A stretch of 64,000 bases of DNA, from positions 320,001-384,000 of the forward strand of contig CAVUKA010000001.1 of NCBI GenBank assembly GCA_963741945.1, given 5' to 3'. Positions within the stretch are counted from its first letter, which is position 1, and each line of letters begins with the position of its first letter. The notes beneath the pieces are model-generated. The model was not told the origin of the DNA. It saw only the letters and a list, made by a program, of their open reading frames with translations, and did not search any database. The stretch is from an uncultured Gemmatimonadales bacterium (lineage in GTDB: Bacteria; Gemmatimonadota; Gemmatimonadetes; Longimicrobiales; RSA9). Below are positions 32,459 to 40,033 of this stretch, piece after piece. Made by a program: the position numbers and the translations under genes.

Positions 32459-33283
32459 TCAGCGTCGGTACAGGCCGCCCACCAACCTGTACCCGAACTG
32501 CAGGGTCGACGGTGCTATTGGCACCGTAGTAGCAAGGGGATGGGTCCCTTCAATCACCCAGGCCGTATCAGGCGCGCATGCCCGTTCGCGGTGCCCGGCG
32601 AAAGCGATGCGTACAACTCCATTGAAGGGAGACGTCTGCGGAGGAACAAGGACTTGGGTCCCGGCAGAGCTTGATCCCCCTGATGTCGGGCCCTGCGGGG
32701 AGCAACTGATTCGCAGAGCGAGTCCCTCGAGGGTAACCGACGCTCGCCGCTCGCCCGACGGTGTCGTCGTGAGTCTTACGTCACCGTAGCTCGCATAGTG
32801 TCCCAGTTCCCTCATGTACGCCACGTAGGCCGAATCCGGAACCCAGAACTCCAGCTCAAGAAACGGGACGCCCAGGTCAAGATCAGTGTCCCCGACCGGG
32901 GCGATCCGGGCGAACCACAATCCCACGGCCCCTCCGTCGGGCCAATGTGGGCTTCTTCCGTTCAGCGCAAACTCACCCGCCTGGAGGATCTCAAGAAACG
33001 AGACGCCCCATTCACGCTGTGTCGGGTGGGCCTCTAGGTAGTCTTCCGCCCAAGACATCCCCGCGGAGGACAGGTCACCGAGAGAGACAAACCGAACACC
33101 GGGAGGGAGACGGTCGGACACGCGTTCCGGGTCAAAAGCACGCCAACTGACGATCTCCTCAGGGTCGCTGACGACCCACCTGGTGCCGGCTCCCTCCGGC
33201 AGCGCAGGGATCTGGCCGGCAACGAGACTGGGCTGGAGCCCAGCGAGACCAAGCAAGGCAAGCTCAATCCATGGGTGTTTCAT
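32459..33283 (-). CDS. Hypothetical secreted protein (cassette)
   Basis: 274 aa, signal-peptide-like N-terminus, fills the space between two att sites. Confidence 0.75.
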   Translation of the reverse strand: MKHPWIELALLGLAGLQPSLVAGQIPALPEGAGTRWVVSDPEEIVSWRAFDPERVSDRLPPGVRFVSLGDLSSAGMSWAEDYLEAHPTQREWGVSFLEILQAGEFALNGRSPHWPDGGAVGLWFARIAPVGDTDLDLGVPFLELEFWVPDSAYVAYMRELGHYASYGDVRLTTTPSGERRASVTLEGLALRISCSPQGPTSGGSSSAGTQVLVPPQTSPFNGVVRIAFAGHRERACAPDTAWVIEGTHPLATTVPIAPSTLQFGYRLVGGLYRR

Positions 33284-33394
33284 CGCTCGGGCCTCTCGGG
33301 GGGCATCAGCGCGGAGTCGGTGTGCAACCTACCAAGAAGTCGCTCCTTCTGATCTGGTCCAAGTGTCCGACTCAGTCGTTCCCGAAGGCATTTC

Positions 33395-33545
33395 AGATAA
33401 CGTCTCCAGGTTGGCGACCCGCCGCGCCGATACCTCTAGCACGCGATCACCTTCGAAACAGCGGCAGCCTCACCAGCTTCAACACGGTCGCGGCGGGTTC
33501 TCCGGAGCGGCCGCAGGCCGCGCAGGCGCCAACCGTTTGTTAACC
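33395..33545 (-). repeat. attC-like site 3 (subtype A)
   Basis: AGATAAC-N7-GGTTGGCG-ACCCGCCGCG...CGCGGCGGGT-[28 nt]-CGCCAACC-N4-GTTAACC. Confidence 0.85.
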
Positions 33546-33574
33546 GCCGTGTTCTGCCCACAGCCTGGCGGAGG

Positions 33575-33871
33575 TCACCTCCGGGCCTGCCAACGCTTCG
33601 GATCGCGGCGGGAATGGAAAACGGAGAGTACCACGATCTCTTCCGCGCTCACTCTGAAGAGAATGGCATATGGGAATCGCCGAACAACGGCCCTCCGGAC
33701 ATCCCGATACAGAATGGGAAATCGGAGAGGATTCCGCTCGATCGCTGAGAAAGCCGCATCGATGACGCGGACGAATTCCGCTCCCAAGCCCAAGGAACGC
33801 TCCGAATACCACGCTGCGGCTTCCTCGAGTTCGGCGTCGGCCGCAGGGCGAACAACGAAGCGGCGGCTCAC
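33575..33871 (-). CDS. RelE/ParE-family toxin (cassette)
   Basis: A..ELEEAAAWY, LG.EF, RRFPY.I.F, VFH.RRDP. Confidence 0.9.
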   Translation of the reverse strand: MSRRFVVRPAADAELEEAAAWYSERSLGLGAEFVRVIDAAFSAIERNPLRFPILYRDVRRAVVRRFPYAILFRVSAEEIVVLSVFHSRRDPKRWQARR

Positions 33872-34098
33872 CCGTACTTCTTGTACAACCGCTCCCGGAC
33901 TTCCTCCCAGGGAATAGCAGAATCCGGGTCCGCTTCATGTTCTGCCAGCCTACGGTCCAGTTCCGCCTTCTGGGCCTCAGTTAATGGATAGGCGTCCGCG
34001 TCCGTAGCGATGCTGTCCCACAGGTCCTCCACCAACTGAATCCGCTCAGCGACCGACAGCTTGAGCAGTTCCTCGATTGGTACACTCGACATCCGCAA
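33868..34098 (-). CDS. Putative addiction-module antitoxin component (cassette)
   Basis: LSVAERIQLVEDLWDSI, ELDRRL, IPWEEV. Confidence 0.9.
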   Translation of the reverse strand: MRMSSVPIEELLKLSVAERIQLVEDLWDSIATDADAYPLTEAQKAELDRRLAEHEADPDSAIPWEEVRERLYKKYG

Positions 34099-34158
34099 GC
34101 TCCTTCCCTGAAGTCCCTTGCTCCTAATCTGCTACAGAAACGCCGAGTGGAACATGGG

Positions 34159-34308
34159 GGTTAACGGACGAAGGCTGCTGATCCGGCCTCCTTCACCTGA
34201 CCAGCTCAGCAACTATCGAAACCATGAACTCCTCACCAGCGGCCGCCCTTCTCCGCCGGATACTCCGGAGCGACCGAAGGGAGCGAAGGCAGCAGCCGGT
34301 TGTTAACT
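34159..34308 (-). repeat. attC-like site 4 (subtype B)
   Basis: GGTTAAC-N7-GGCTGCTG-ATCCGGC...GCCGGAT-[28 nt]-CAGCAGCC-N4-GTTAACT. Confidence 0.85.
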
Positions 34309-35349
34309 GATGTCCCCCAGCAGTGAGGGTGGTACATCCGCTCCAAAGAAATCAGCCACGTCGTAATTCCACACGAAGAACGTCCCTCCCAAGGGGGCCA
34401 CCGGACCAACCTCAATCTCACCGTCGATACGGAAAACCTTTACGCGGGTCCCTAGCTTGCCGGTCTGTCGCAGATGTAGCTGGCCTCTCCTGGCGCGCTC
34501 CTCGGTGGTGAAGAAGCGGCAGGCTCCATCGAGATGAATCACAGCATCTCGGGCTTTTGAGAAGATGGCATGGAAGTAGCGACTGGGCACGCACCATTCA
34601 TGGTCCGGCTCGGGCACCTCTTCAACGGCCAAATGCACTTCTCCCCGCCGCGGACTCCAGTGGTAATCGGTGAATTCGCCGTGACTCAAGGATGAAGGAT
34701 GCCACCGGCCGAAAGCTTCTTTGTCGATCGTCCTCACATCATCCCACTTCAACGGCGGGCCATACCACAACATGCGGTAGGACATTCGCGGAAACGTGTC
34801 CGAGGGCCCATGCAGGAGAGGGTCAAGTCGAACTCGAGCAACCCGCCCAACCTCCTCTGCACCAAGCGCCCGTGTAAGCCAGTATGAAGAATTGACCCCT
34901 GGTGTGGGTGGAAGGACCGTGAATGCGTGCCCCCCTCGCACCAGCACACCGTCTTCAATATCGAACGCTGCAAGCGGCACGAGATTGTCCTCGCACAACT
35001 CCAAATCCTCAACGGCAGGCATACCGTACGGAGGCGGACGCCCGTCCCCGTTCTCTGCAGTCAACAAACCTGCGCGCTTGTCGCAGATCCGCCGGTTCAA
35101 CTCACGGATGACGACCCACTCTCGCGCAAACCACTCTCGCTTCTCATGAGGTAGATCGCCGTGGAGGCCCTCAAAGTGGCGATCCGCCTGCGCCTCTCTG
35201 ATTTCCTCCTCAGAAACACTGCCGAAAGCCAGCCGCATCTCGGAATTCAGCGGGTGGTCCCTGTCGACCTCGATCCGGCCTACTTCGAACAGCGGTCCTA
35301 TCGGGCTGGCGCCGAAATACTCCTCCAAAGCGGTCGGAATCGAAACCAT
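34303..35349 (-). CDS. Hypothetical protein, ~348 aa (cassette)
   Basis: Long ORF filling the cassette; TAA stop lies inside the att core; start taken at MVSIPT. Confidence 0.8.
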   Translation of the reverse strand: MVSIPTALEEYFGASPIGPLFEVGRIEVDRDHPLNSEMRLAFGSVSEEEIREAQADRHFEGLHGDLPHEKREWFAREWVVIRELNRRICDKRAGLLTAENGDGRPPPYGMPAVEDLELCEDNLVPLAAFDIEDGVLVRGGHAFTVLPPTPGVNSSYWLTRALGAEEVGRVARVRLDPLLHGPSDTFPRMSYRMLWYGPPLKWDDVRTIDKEAFGRWHPSSLSHGEFTDYHWSPRRGEVHLAVEEVPEPDHEWCVPSRYFHAIFSKARDAVIHLDGACRFFTTEERARRGQLHLRQTGKLGTRVKVFRIDGEIEVGPVAPLGGTFFVWNYDVADFFGADVPPSLLGDIS

Positions 35350-35379
35350 TTCAGCGGTCACGACGGTCTTGGGGATATC

Positions 35380-35530
35380 AGTTAACGTTTCCAGGTTGGC
35401 GACCCGCCGCGCCACACCCTCCAGCGCGCAGCCGCCTTCGACATCTCACGAACCTCACCAGCGTCAACCCGGCCGCGGCGGGTTCTCCGGAGCTCGCGAA
35501 GCGAGCGCAGGCGCCAACCGTCTGTTATCT
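35380..35530 (-). repeat. attC-like site 5 (subtype A)
   Basis: Same arms as site 3; branch hairpin GCTCGC-GAA-GCGAGC. Confidence 0.85.
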
Positions 35531-35572
35531 GACGTGAGCCGCACCTGTCCAGCCGCGAACGCGGCAGAAGAA

Positions 35573-35842
35573 TCAGGCCGCCTTGACGGGCGCCAGCTCT
35601 TCTGGGTCGGGCCTGCCCAATCCAAGCTTGTCGAACACGGCCATGATCTCATCGACCGACACGTAGCCTGGCGAGACAATCTCGATGCCGAGGGGCGCCC
35701 CGTCCTCTGCGTAGTCAATCAGGAGTTCGGGGGTGACTTCCTCGGTCCGCGCGCTCTTCTGCCCTGGCTTACGATCCAGGTAAACGTAGGCCGCGAACGG
35801 CTTTCCCTTCCGGTAGGTAACCTCTAGCGAGAGTCCGTTCAT
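35573..35842 (-). CDS. DUF2283-like protein (putative antitoxin; cassette)
   Basis: AAYVYL, LIDY..DG.PLGIEI. Confidence 0.75.
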   Translation of the reverse strand: MNGLSLEVTYRKGKPFAAYVYLDRKPGQKSARTEEVTPELLIDYAEDGAPLGIEIVSPGYVSVDEIMAVFDKLGLGRPDPEELAPVKAA

Positions 35843-36099
35843 ACGTCATCGCTCCTGGGGTATGCCGTCACCACCATGACGATCCGATTCTCATCGTCTG
35901 GCTCCACAACCACGATCCAAGACGTTCCTGCATGGCGCGTACGAACGAGCCAGCGGCCCGGCCGCTTCGAAGGGAGAAGCGCCATCCCGCCTTCCAGCAT
36001 GGCGCGGATTTCGACTTCCGAAAAGCCTCTCTCCTCCATCCTCAATTCGACGTGGGCCGTGAACGCCAGCGGCCAATCCCACCAGTCCGGACGTTCCAT
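35839..36099 (-). CDS. DUF4258-like protein (putative toxin; cassette)
   Basis: FTAHVELRMEERG, VVTAY; overlaps the DUF2283-like partner. Confidence 0.75.
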   Translation of the reverse strand: MERPDWWDWPLAFTAHVELRMEERGFSEVEIRAMLEGGMALLPSKRPGRWLVRTRHAGTSWIVVVEPDDENRIVMVVTAYPRSDDV

Positions 36100-36154
36100 C
36101 CTCTTCCTCCGCAGAGGGCCTCTCGCAAGCTAATGCTGCCGGGCGGCTCATGTC

Positions 36155-36306
36155 AGATAACGTTTCCAGGTTGGCGACCCGCCGCGCCACGACCTTTAGC
36201 GCGCGACCGCCTTCGAAACGACGATTCCCTCACCCAACTTCCAGACGGTCGCGGCGGGTTCTCCGGAGCGGCCGCAGGCCGCGGAGGCGCCAACCGTTTG
36301 TTATGC
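36155..36306 (-). repeat. attC-like site 6 (subtype A)
   Basis: Same arms and branch as site 3. Confidence 0.85.
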
Positions 36307-36425
36307 GCAGTGGCTTTTCCGCCTCCGTAGGACGGCAAATTCCCGCAGTTAGCCGCCTCCTGAGGTTGTGGAGTTGCCCCGAATCGGTGGACACCTCATG
36401 AGTGAGGGAGAGAGGAGGGTCCACG

Positions 36426-36734
36426 ATGGGACGCAATTCGTATCCGCCGGAGTTCCGGCGGCAGATGATCGAGCTGGTTCGGGCGGGACGCACGCCGGAG
36501 GAGCTGTCCCGGGAGTTTGAGCCATCCGCGGGCGCCATTCGCAACTGGGTCCGGCAGGCGGATCTGGACGAGGGCCGGCGGGAAGACGGGCTCACGACGG
36601 AGGAGCGCCAGGAGCTGCGCCGACTCCGCCGGGAAGTGAAGCAGCTGAAGACCGAGCGGGAGATTCTGGCAAAAGCCGCCGCCTGGTTCGCGGGGGAGAC
36701 GAAGCACGACCCGAAGAAGCGTTCGGGTTCGTGA
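36426..36734 (+). CDS. IS3 OrfA (HTH)
   Basis: YPPEFR, IRNWVRQ, E...LRRE..QL..EREIL.KAAAWFA. Confidence 0.92.
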   Translation: MGRNSYPPEFRRQMIELVRAGRTPEELSREFEPSAGAIRNWVRQADLDEGRREDGLTTEERQELRRLRREVKQLKTEREILAKAAAWFAGETKHDPKKRSGS

Positions 36735-37582
36735 AGGCGAATCAGGCGGAGTACCCGGTGACCGTGATGTGTGAGGTGCTGGGTGTCTCCCGAAGTGGGT
36801 ACTACGCATGGCTCGAGCGACCACCGTCGAAGCGAGCCATCGCGAACGAGGAGCTGACGGAGCGGATCCGGACGATCCACAAGAACAGCCGAGAGACGTA
36901 CGGCTCGCCCCGGATCCTGGCGGAGCTGAGAGACGAGGGGGAGCGGGTGGGCAAGAACCGGGTCGCTCGCCTCATGAGCGCGGCCGGCATCGAAGGCGTG
37001 AGCCGGAGGCGCCGCCGCGGCACCACGAAGAAGGACCGGGATGCTCGACCGGCGCCGGACCTGGTGGAGCGGGATTTCGCGGCTCCTACGGGGCCGGATC
37101 AACTGTGGGTGGCCGACATCACCTACATCCCCACGTGGGCGGGCTTCCTCTATCTCGCGGTCGTGGTGGACGCCTGGAGCCGCCGCGTGGTGGGCTGGGC
37201 CATGGCGAACCACCTCCGCACCGAGCTCGTGCTGGATGCCCTCAACATGGCGCTCTGGCAGCGTAAGCCGGAGGCTGTGGTCCATCACTCGGACCAGGGC
37301 ACGCAGTACACGTCCATTGCGTTCGGCCTGCGGTGCAAGGAAGCGGGAGTCCGGCCGTCCATGGGCTCCCGAGGAGATTGCTACGACAACGCAATGTGTG
37401 AGAGCTTCTTTGCCACCCTTGAGTGCGAGCTGCTGGACCGGCGGCGCTTTCGCACCCAGGCCGAGGCGAAGATGGCCGTCTTCGACTTCATCGAAGGCTT
37501 CTACAATCCGTGTCGCCGCCACTCGTCGCTGGGCCAGATGAGCCCGGTCAATTTCGAGAAAGAGCAAGCAACGGCGGCGTGA
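36731..37582 (+). CDS. IS3 OrfB DDE transposase
   Basis: VSRSGYY, YGSPRI, WVADITY, HHSDQGTQY, DNAMCESFF. Confidence 0.95.
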   Translation: MKANQAEYPVTVMCEVLGVSRSGYYAWLERPPSKRAIANEELTERIRTIHKNSRETYGSPRILAELRDEGERVGKNRVARLMSAAGIEGVSRRRRRGTTKKDRDARPAPDLVERDFAAPTGPDQLWVADITYIPTWAGFLYLAVVVDAWSRRVVGWAMANHLRTELVLDALNMALWQRKPEAVVHHSDQGTQYTSIAFGLRCKEAGVRPSMGSRGDCYDNAMCESFFATLECELLDRRRFRTQAEAKMAVFDFIEGFYNPCRRHSSLGQMSPVNFEKEQATAA

Positions 37583-37624
37583 AAACCTCAATGTTCACCT
37601 GTCCACTGAACCGGGGGAACTCCA

Positions 37625-37906
37625 GTCGTGCGGATTCCGGTTCGTTAACAGGATGGCAGGGAGGAGTTCCTCGGCATCTTCACCGTTGATCTGATGCCAT
37701 GAGAGGACCTCGTCCTCGAAATGCGCCCCAACAACTCCTCTGAGGATGACGGCTCCGGACCGGGATGCGGCATCAGCCATCCGGTCGAAATTCTGATAGA
37801 GGACGTCGAGGACAGGTTCCTTCCAGCCGTAATCCAGGAGGTACATGTAGCAGCGGCGCTCAACTCCCTCCGGGAGCTCCGCAAGCGAATGGATCATCAA
37901 ACCCAT
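37625..37906 (-). pseudogene. Cassette hypothetical protein truncated by IS3
   Basis: ORF MGLMIHSL...YLLDYGW...LPAILLTNRNPHD runs into the IS3 right end. Confidence 0.7.
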
Positions 37907-37960
37907 TGAGCCCTCACAGCTTCTTTACCTCGAGGCGACAAGAGCGCGTGTGCATGTGGC

Positions 37961-38114
37961 GTATAACGGATAAAGGCTCCTGATCCGGCCTCCAAAACCT
38001 CGACCGGCTCAGCAACTTTCGAAACTACTTGCATCTCACCACCGGCCAGGCGTACGCGGCCGGATACTCCTGCAGCGAGCGTCAGCGAGCGAAGGCAGGA
38101 GCCGGTTGTTAAAC
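37961..38114 (-). repeat. attC-like site 7 (subtype B)
   Basis: GTATAAC-N7-GGCTCCTG-ATCCGGC...GCCGGAT-[30 nt]-CAGGAGCC-N4-GTTAAAC. Confidence 0.85.
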
Positions 38115-38153
38115 GGCGTTGGCCGCCCGTCCGAAGGCGTTCCCTTCCGCCCA

Positions 38154-38666
38154 TCAGAAGCGTCTGGAAATGCCAACGGCGAACCTCGCTACGGTACCTG
38201 CGAAGGGATCGACCGCCCACACGCGTAGCTCCCCCAGGATTCCCCAGGCTTGCGATACCTGCAAACGGAGACCGCCTGCGCCCGACAACGTCCAGGTCCA
38301 ATCCTGTCCATCCGCAAAAGCCACCCGCGCACCACCAATGCCCCCGCCTACGTACGGACCAAAACGCCCCTCAAACGGCGTGAACTGCAACTGGACCTCT
38401 GGCATCAGATACCAGCGGTCCCGGGAAAACTGACTTCGATAATCGAAATAGGTCAGACCCGGTTCGATCGCGATCCACCGAATCGGATTGATCCGTATCC
38501 GGGCCGAGTAGACTTGGGTCCACCCAACGCCACTGAGGTCGTAGTTGGCCGGCCCGCCCGCCAGTGACACCTCGGTTCGCGGATACGCTTGCGCGGTGGT
38601 GACGGAGGGAAGCGCCAGCAACATGGCAAACGCCACCGTCATGACCTTCGTCGATACCCTTGCCAT
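38154..38666 (-). CDS. Outer-membrane beta-barrel protein (first cassette)
   Basis: GGAGGT RBS, signal peptide (AQA), PYVGGGIG, C-terminal Phe. Confidence 0.8.
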   Translation of the reverse strand: MARVSTKVMTVAFAMLLALPSVTTAQAYPRTEVSLAGGPANYDLSGVGWTQVYSARIRINPIRWIAIEPGLTYFDYRSQFSRDRWYLMPEVQLQFTPFEGRFGPYVGGGIGGARVAFADGQDWTWTLSGAGGLRLQVSQAWGILGELRVWAVDPFAGTVARFAVGISRRF

Positions 38667-38694
38667 CGAGACCTCCCTATCAAAGGCCAATGCC

Positions 38695-38725
38695 GTTTAA
38701 CGTTTGCGTTCCCGAACTCGGTTCG
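38695..38725 (-). other. Putative attI-like site at the head of the array
   Basis: Minus strand CGGGAAC-GCAAAC-G|TTAAAC at the first cassette boundary, with no attC-type arms beyond it. Confidence 0.45.
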
Positions 38726-39208
38726 CGTTCGCACGCCCTTTGCCTCGGCCGCGGCATCCTTCTCCGAATGCGGCTCGGGTAAGCTGCGATTCTCGCCAAT
38801 TTCCCGTACGCCATTCGCGAATCAGCCGTGCGGCGTCGATGGAGCGAACCGGGGTTCGGAAAAAAGCTTCTGGCTGCGAGAGCCAGGGCCTGGCGGCCAC
38901 GGCGCGAGGCCGCGGCGGCCTGGCGGGGCGCGGCCGGTGTCGCGTGGCCGGGCCCGGGACGCGAACGGCGGGTCGAACGGGGGTTCGGGAGGCTGCGAGC
39001 CGTCGGGTCCGAAGGCCAAGATGCCCCGGAGTCCGGGAGCCGGCAAGGAACGCGTGCCGGCGCGGGCGGTCAGTTGCGGGTGTGGATGGCCATGTCGACG
39101 GTCGTGGCGTGGGTCGGGGCGTCATTCGGGGCGAGGCGGATCCAGGGGCGAAATCCCCCCCCAGCCGGCGTGAGGGGATCCGGCCCGCGGCCCCCTTCCT
39201 TCCCGGCT

Positions 39209-39388
39209 TCAATCCGCCGACTTGTCCCTTCCCCGCCGGCTCCGGGCCACCCGCATCGTCGCCCAGACCAGCATCAGCACCAGCCACGGCAACGCGAGCC
39301 ACCAGTGTCCCGAAAGGCTGTCCCGCCAGTCGGCTAGCGGAGGCAGCTGGAAGAGGACGCCCACGAGCGCTCCCATCACAGCCGCCAT
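39209..39388 (-). CDS. Small hypothetical membrane protein (59 aa)
   Basis: Manual translation MAAVMGALVGVLFQ...WWLALPWLVLMLVWATMR; true start may lie upstream. Confidence 0.45.
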   Translation of the reverse strand: MAAVMGALVGVLFQLPPLADWRDSLSGHWWLALPWLVLMLVWATMRVARSRRGRDKSAD

Positions 39389-39463
39389 GACCAGGACCTC
39401 CCAGAGGGAGGGCGGGCGCCTCGGGCCCGGGTCCGGCCGACGACAACGGTGGCGCGACGGTCG

Positions 39464-40033
39464 CTACCCTCCGCCTTCCCCCCGGATCCGCTGCCAGAGC
39501 GAGGGCCTGGGCGCCGGCGGCGCCGGGGGCCAGTCGTCGCCGAGCACCACGGAAGCGTCGAGCACGAGCGTGCTGTCCACGGCCGTGGCGACGGAGTCGA
39601 TGCCCAGGGCTGCGGCCACGGCGCGGGCGCGGACGCCATCCCCCACGCGGTCCAGGACCACGCTGGCGTCGTGGTCGAAGCGGCCCGCGTTTCCGAAGAA
39701 GACCACGTCGAAGCCATCGGCCCGCAGGAGGCGGGTGGCATCGAGGGCGAGGCCGCCCCGGCCGGAGCCGTTGAGCACTTCCACGCGGACGTGGCCGAGC
39801 GCGGGATCGATGGGCTGGACGGCGGGGAGCGGCGCCGGGGGATCCGCGACGTGGCTGGCGGCTGCGCCCGGCGCGACATCGTCGTCCTCCCCATCGATGC
39901 CGGCGATGGCGGAGACGATGAAGGCCAGCACCAGCGCGGCGACCACGGCCAGGCCAATGCTGATGCCGCCGGAAGCGCGGGCAGCGCGGCCGCCGCCCGG
40001 CCCGTGTTTCCCGCCCCGCCTACGGCCGGCCAT
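39464..40033 (-). CDS. LytR C-terminal domain protein
   Basis: One TM segment then VEVLNGSGRGGLA, GFDV...GNA, VVLG.D. Confidence 0.85.
   Translation of the reverse strand: MAGRRRGGKHGPGGGRAARASGGISIGLAVVAALVLAFIVSAIAGIDGEDDDVAPGAAASHVADPPAPLPAVQPIDPALGHVRVEVLNGSGRGGLALDATRLLRADGFDVVFFGNAGRFDHDASVVLDRVGDGVRARAVAAALGIDSVATAVDSTLVLDASVVLGDDWPPAPPAPRPSLWQRIRGEGGG

Larger units (their letters stand above)
36369..37624 (+). mobile_element. IS3-family insertion sequence (~1256 bp)
   Basis: TG...CA ends; IRL TGGAGTTGCCCCGAATCGGTGGACA vs IRR (reverse complement) TGGAGTTCCCCCGGTTCAGTGGACA. Confidence 0.93.
30603..38701 (-). mobile_element. Integron-like gene-cassette array without an adjacent integrase (CALIN-like)
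   Basis: Seven ~150-bp palindromic sites bounded by ..AAC and GTT.., each separating 1-2 co-oriented ORFs; lower GC; toxin-antitoxin cassettes. Confidence 0.85.

Noticed and set aside
35349-35415. N-terminal MARRVANLETL extension (also seen in ORF 35891-36190)
   Set aside because: It is the att arm read in frame, and the nearby GGAGG is too close to the GTG to be a convincing RBS.
30603-38114. Repeats as a CRISPR array
   Set aside because: The repeats are ~150 bp and divergent, are separated by whole genes, and there are no cas genes.
38697-39446. ORFs in the array leader as an integrase (IntI)
   Set aside because: Low-complexity Arg/Pro/Gly translations with no R-H-R-Y tyrosine recombinase motifs in any listed frame.
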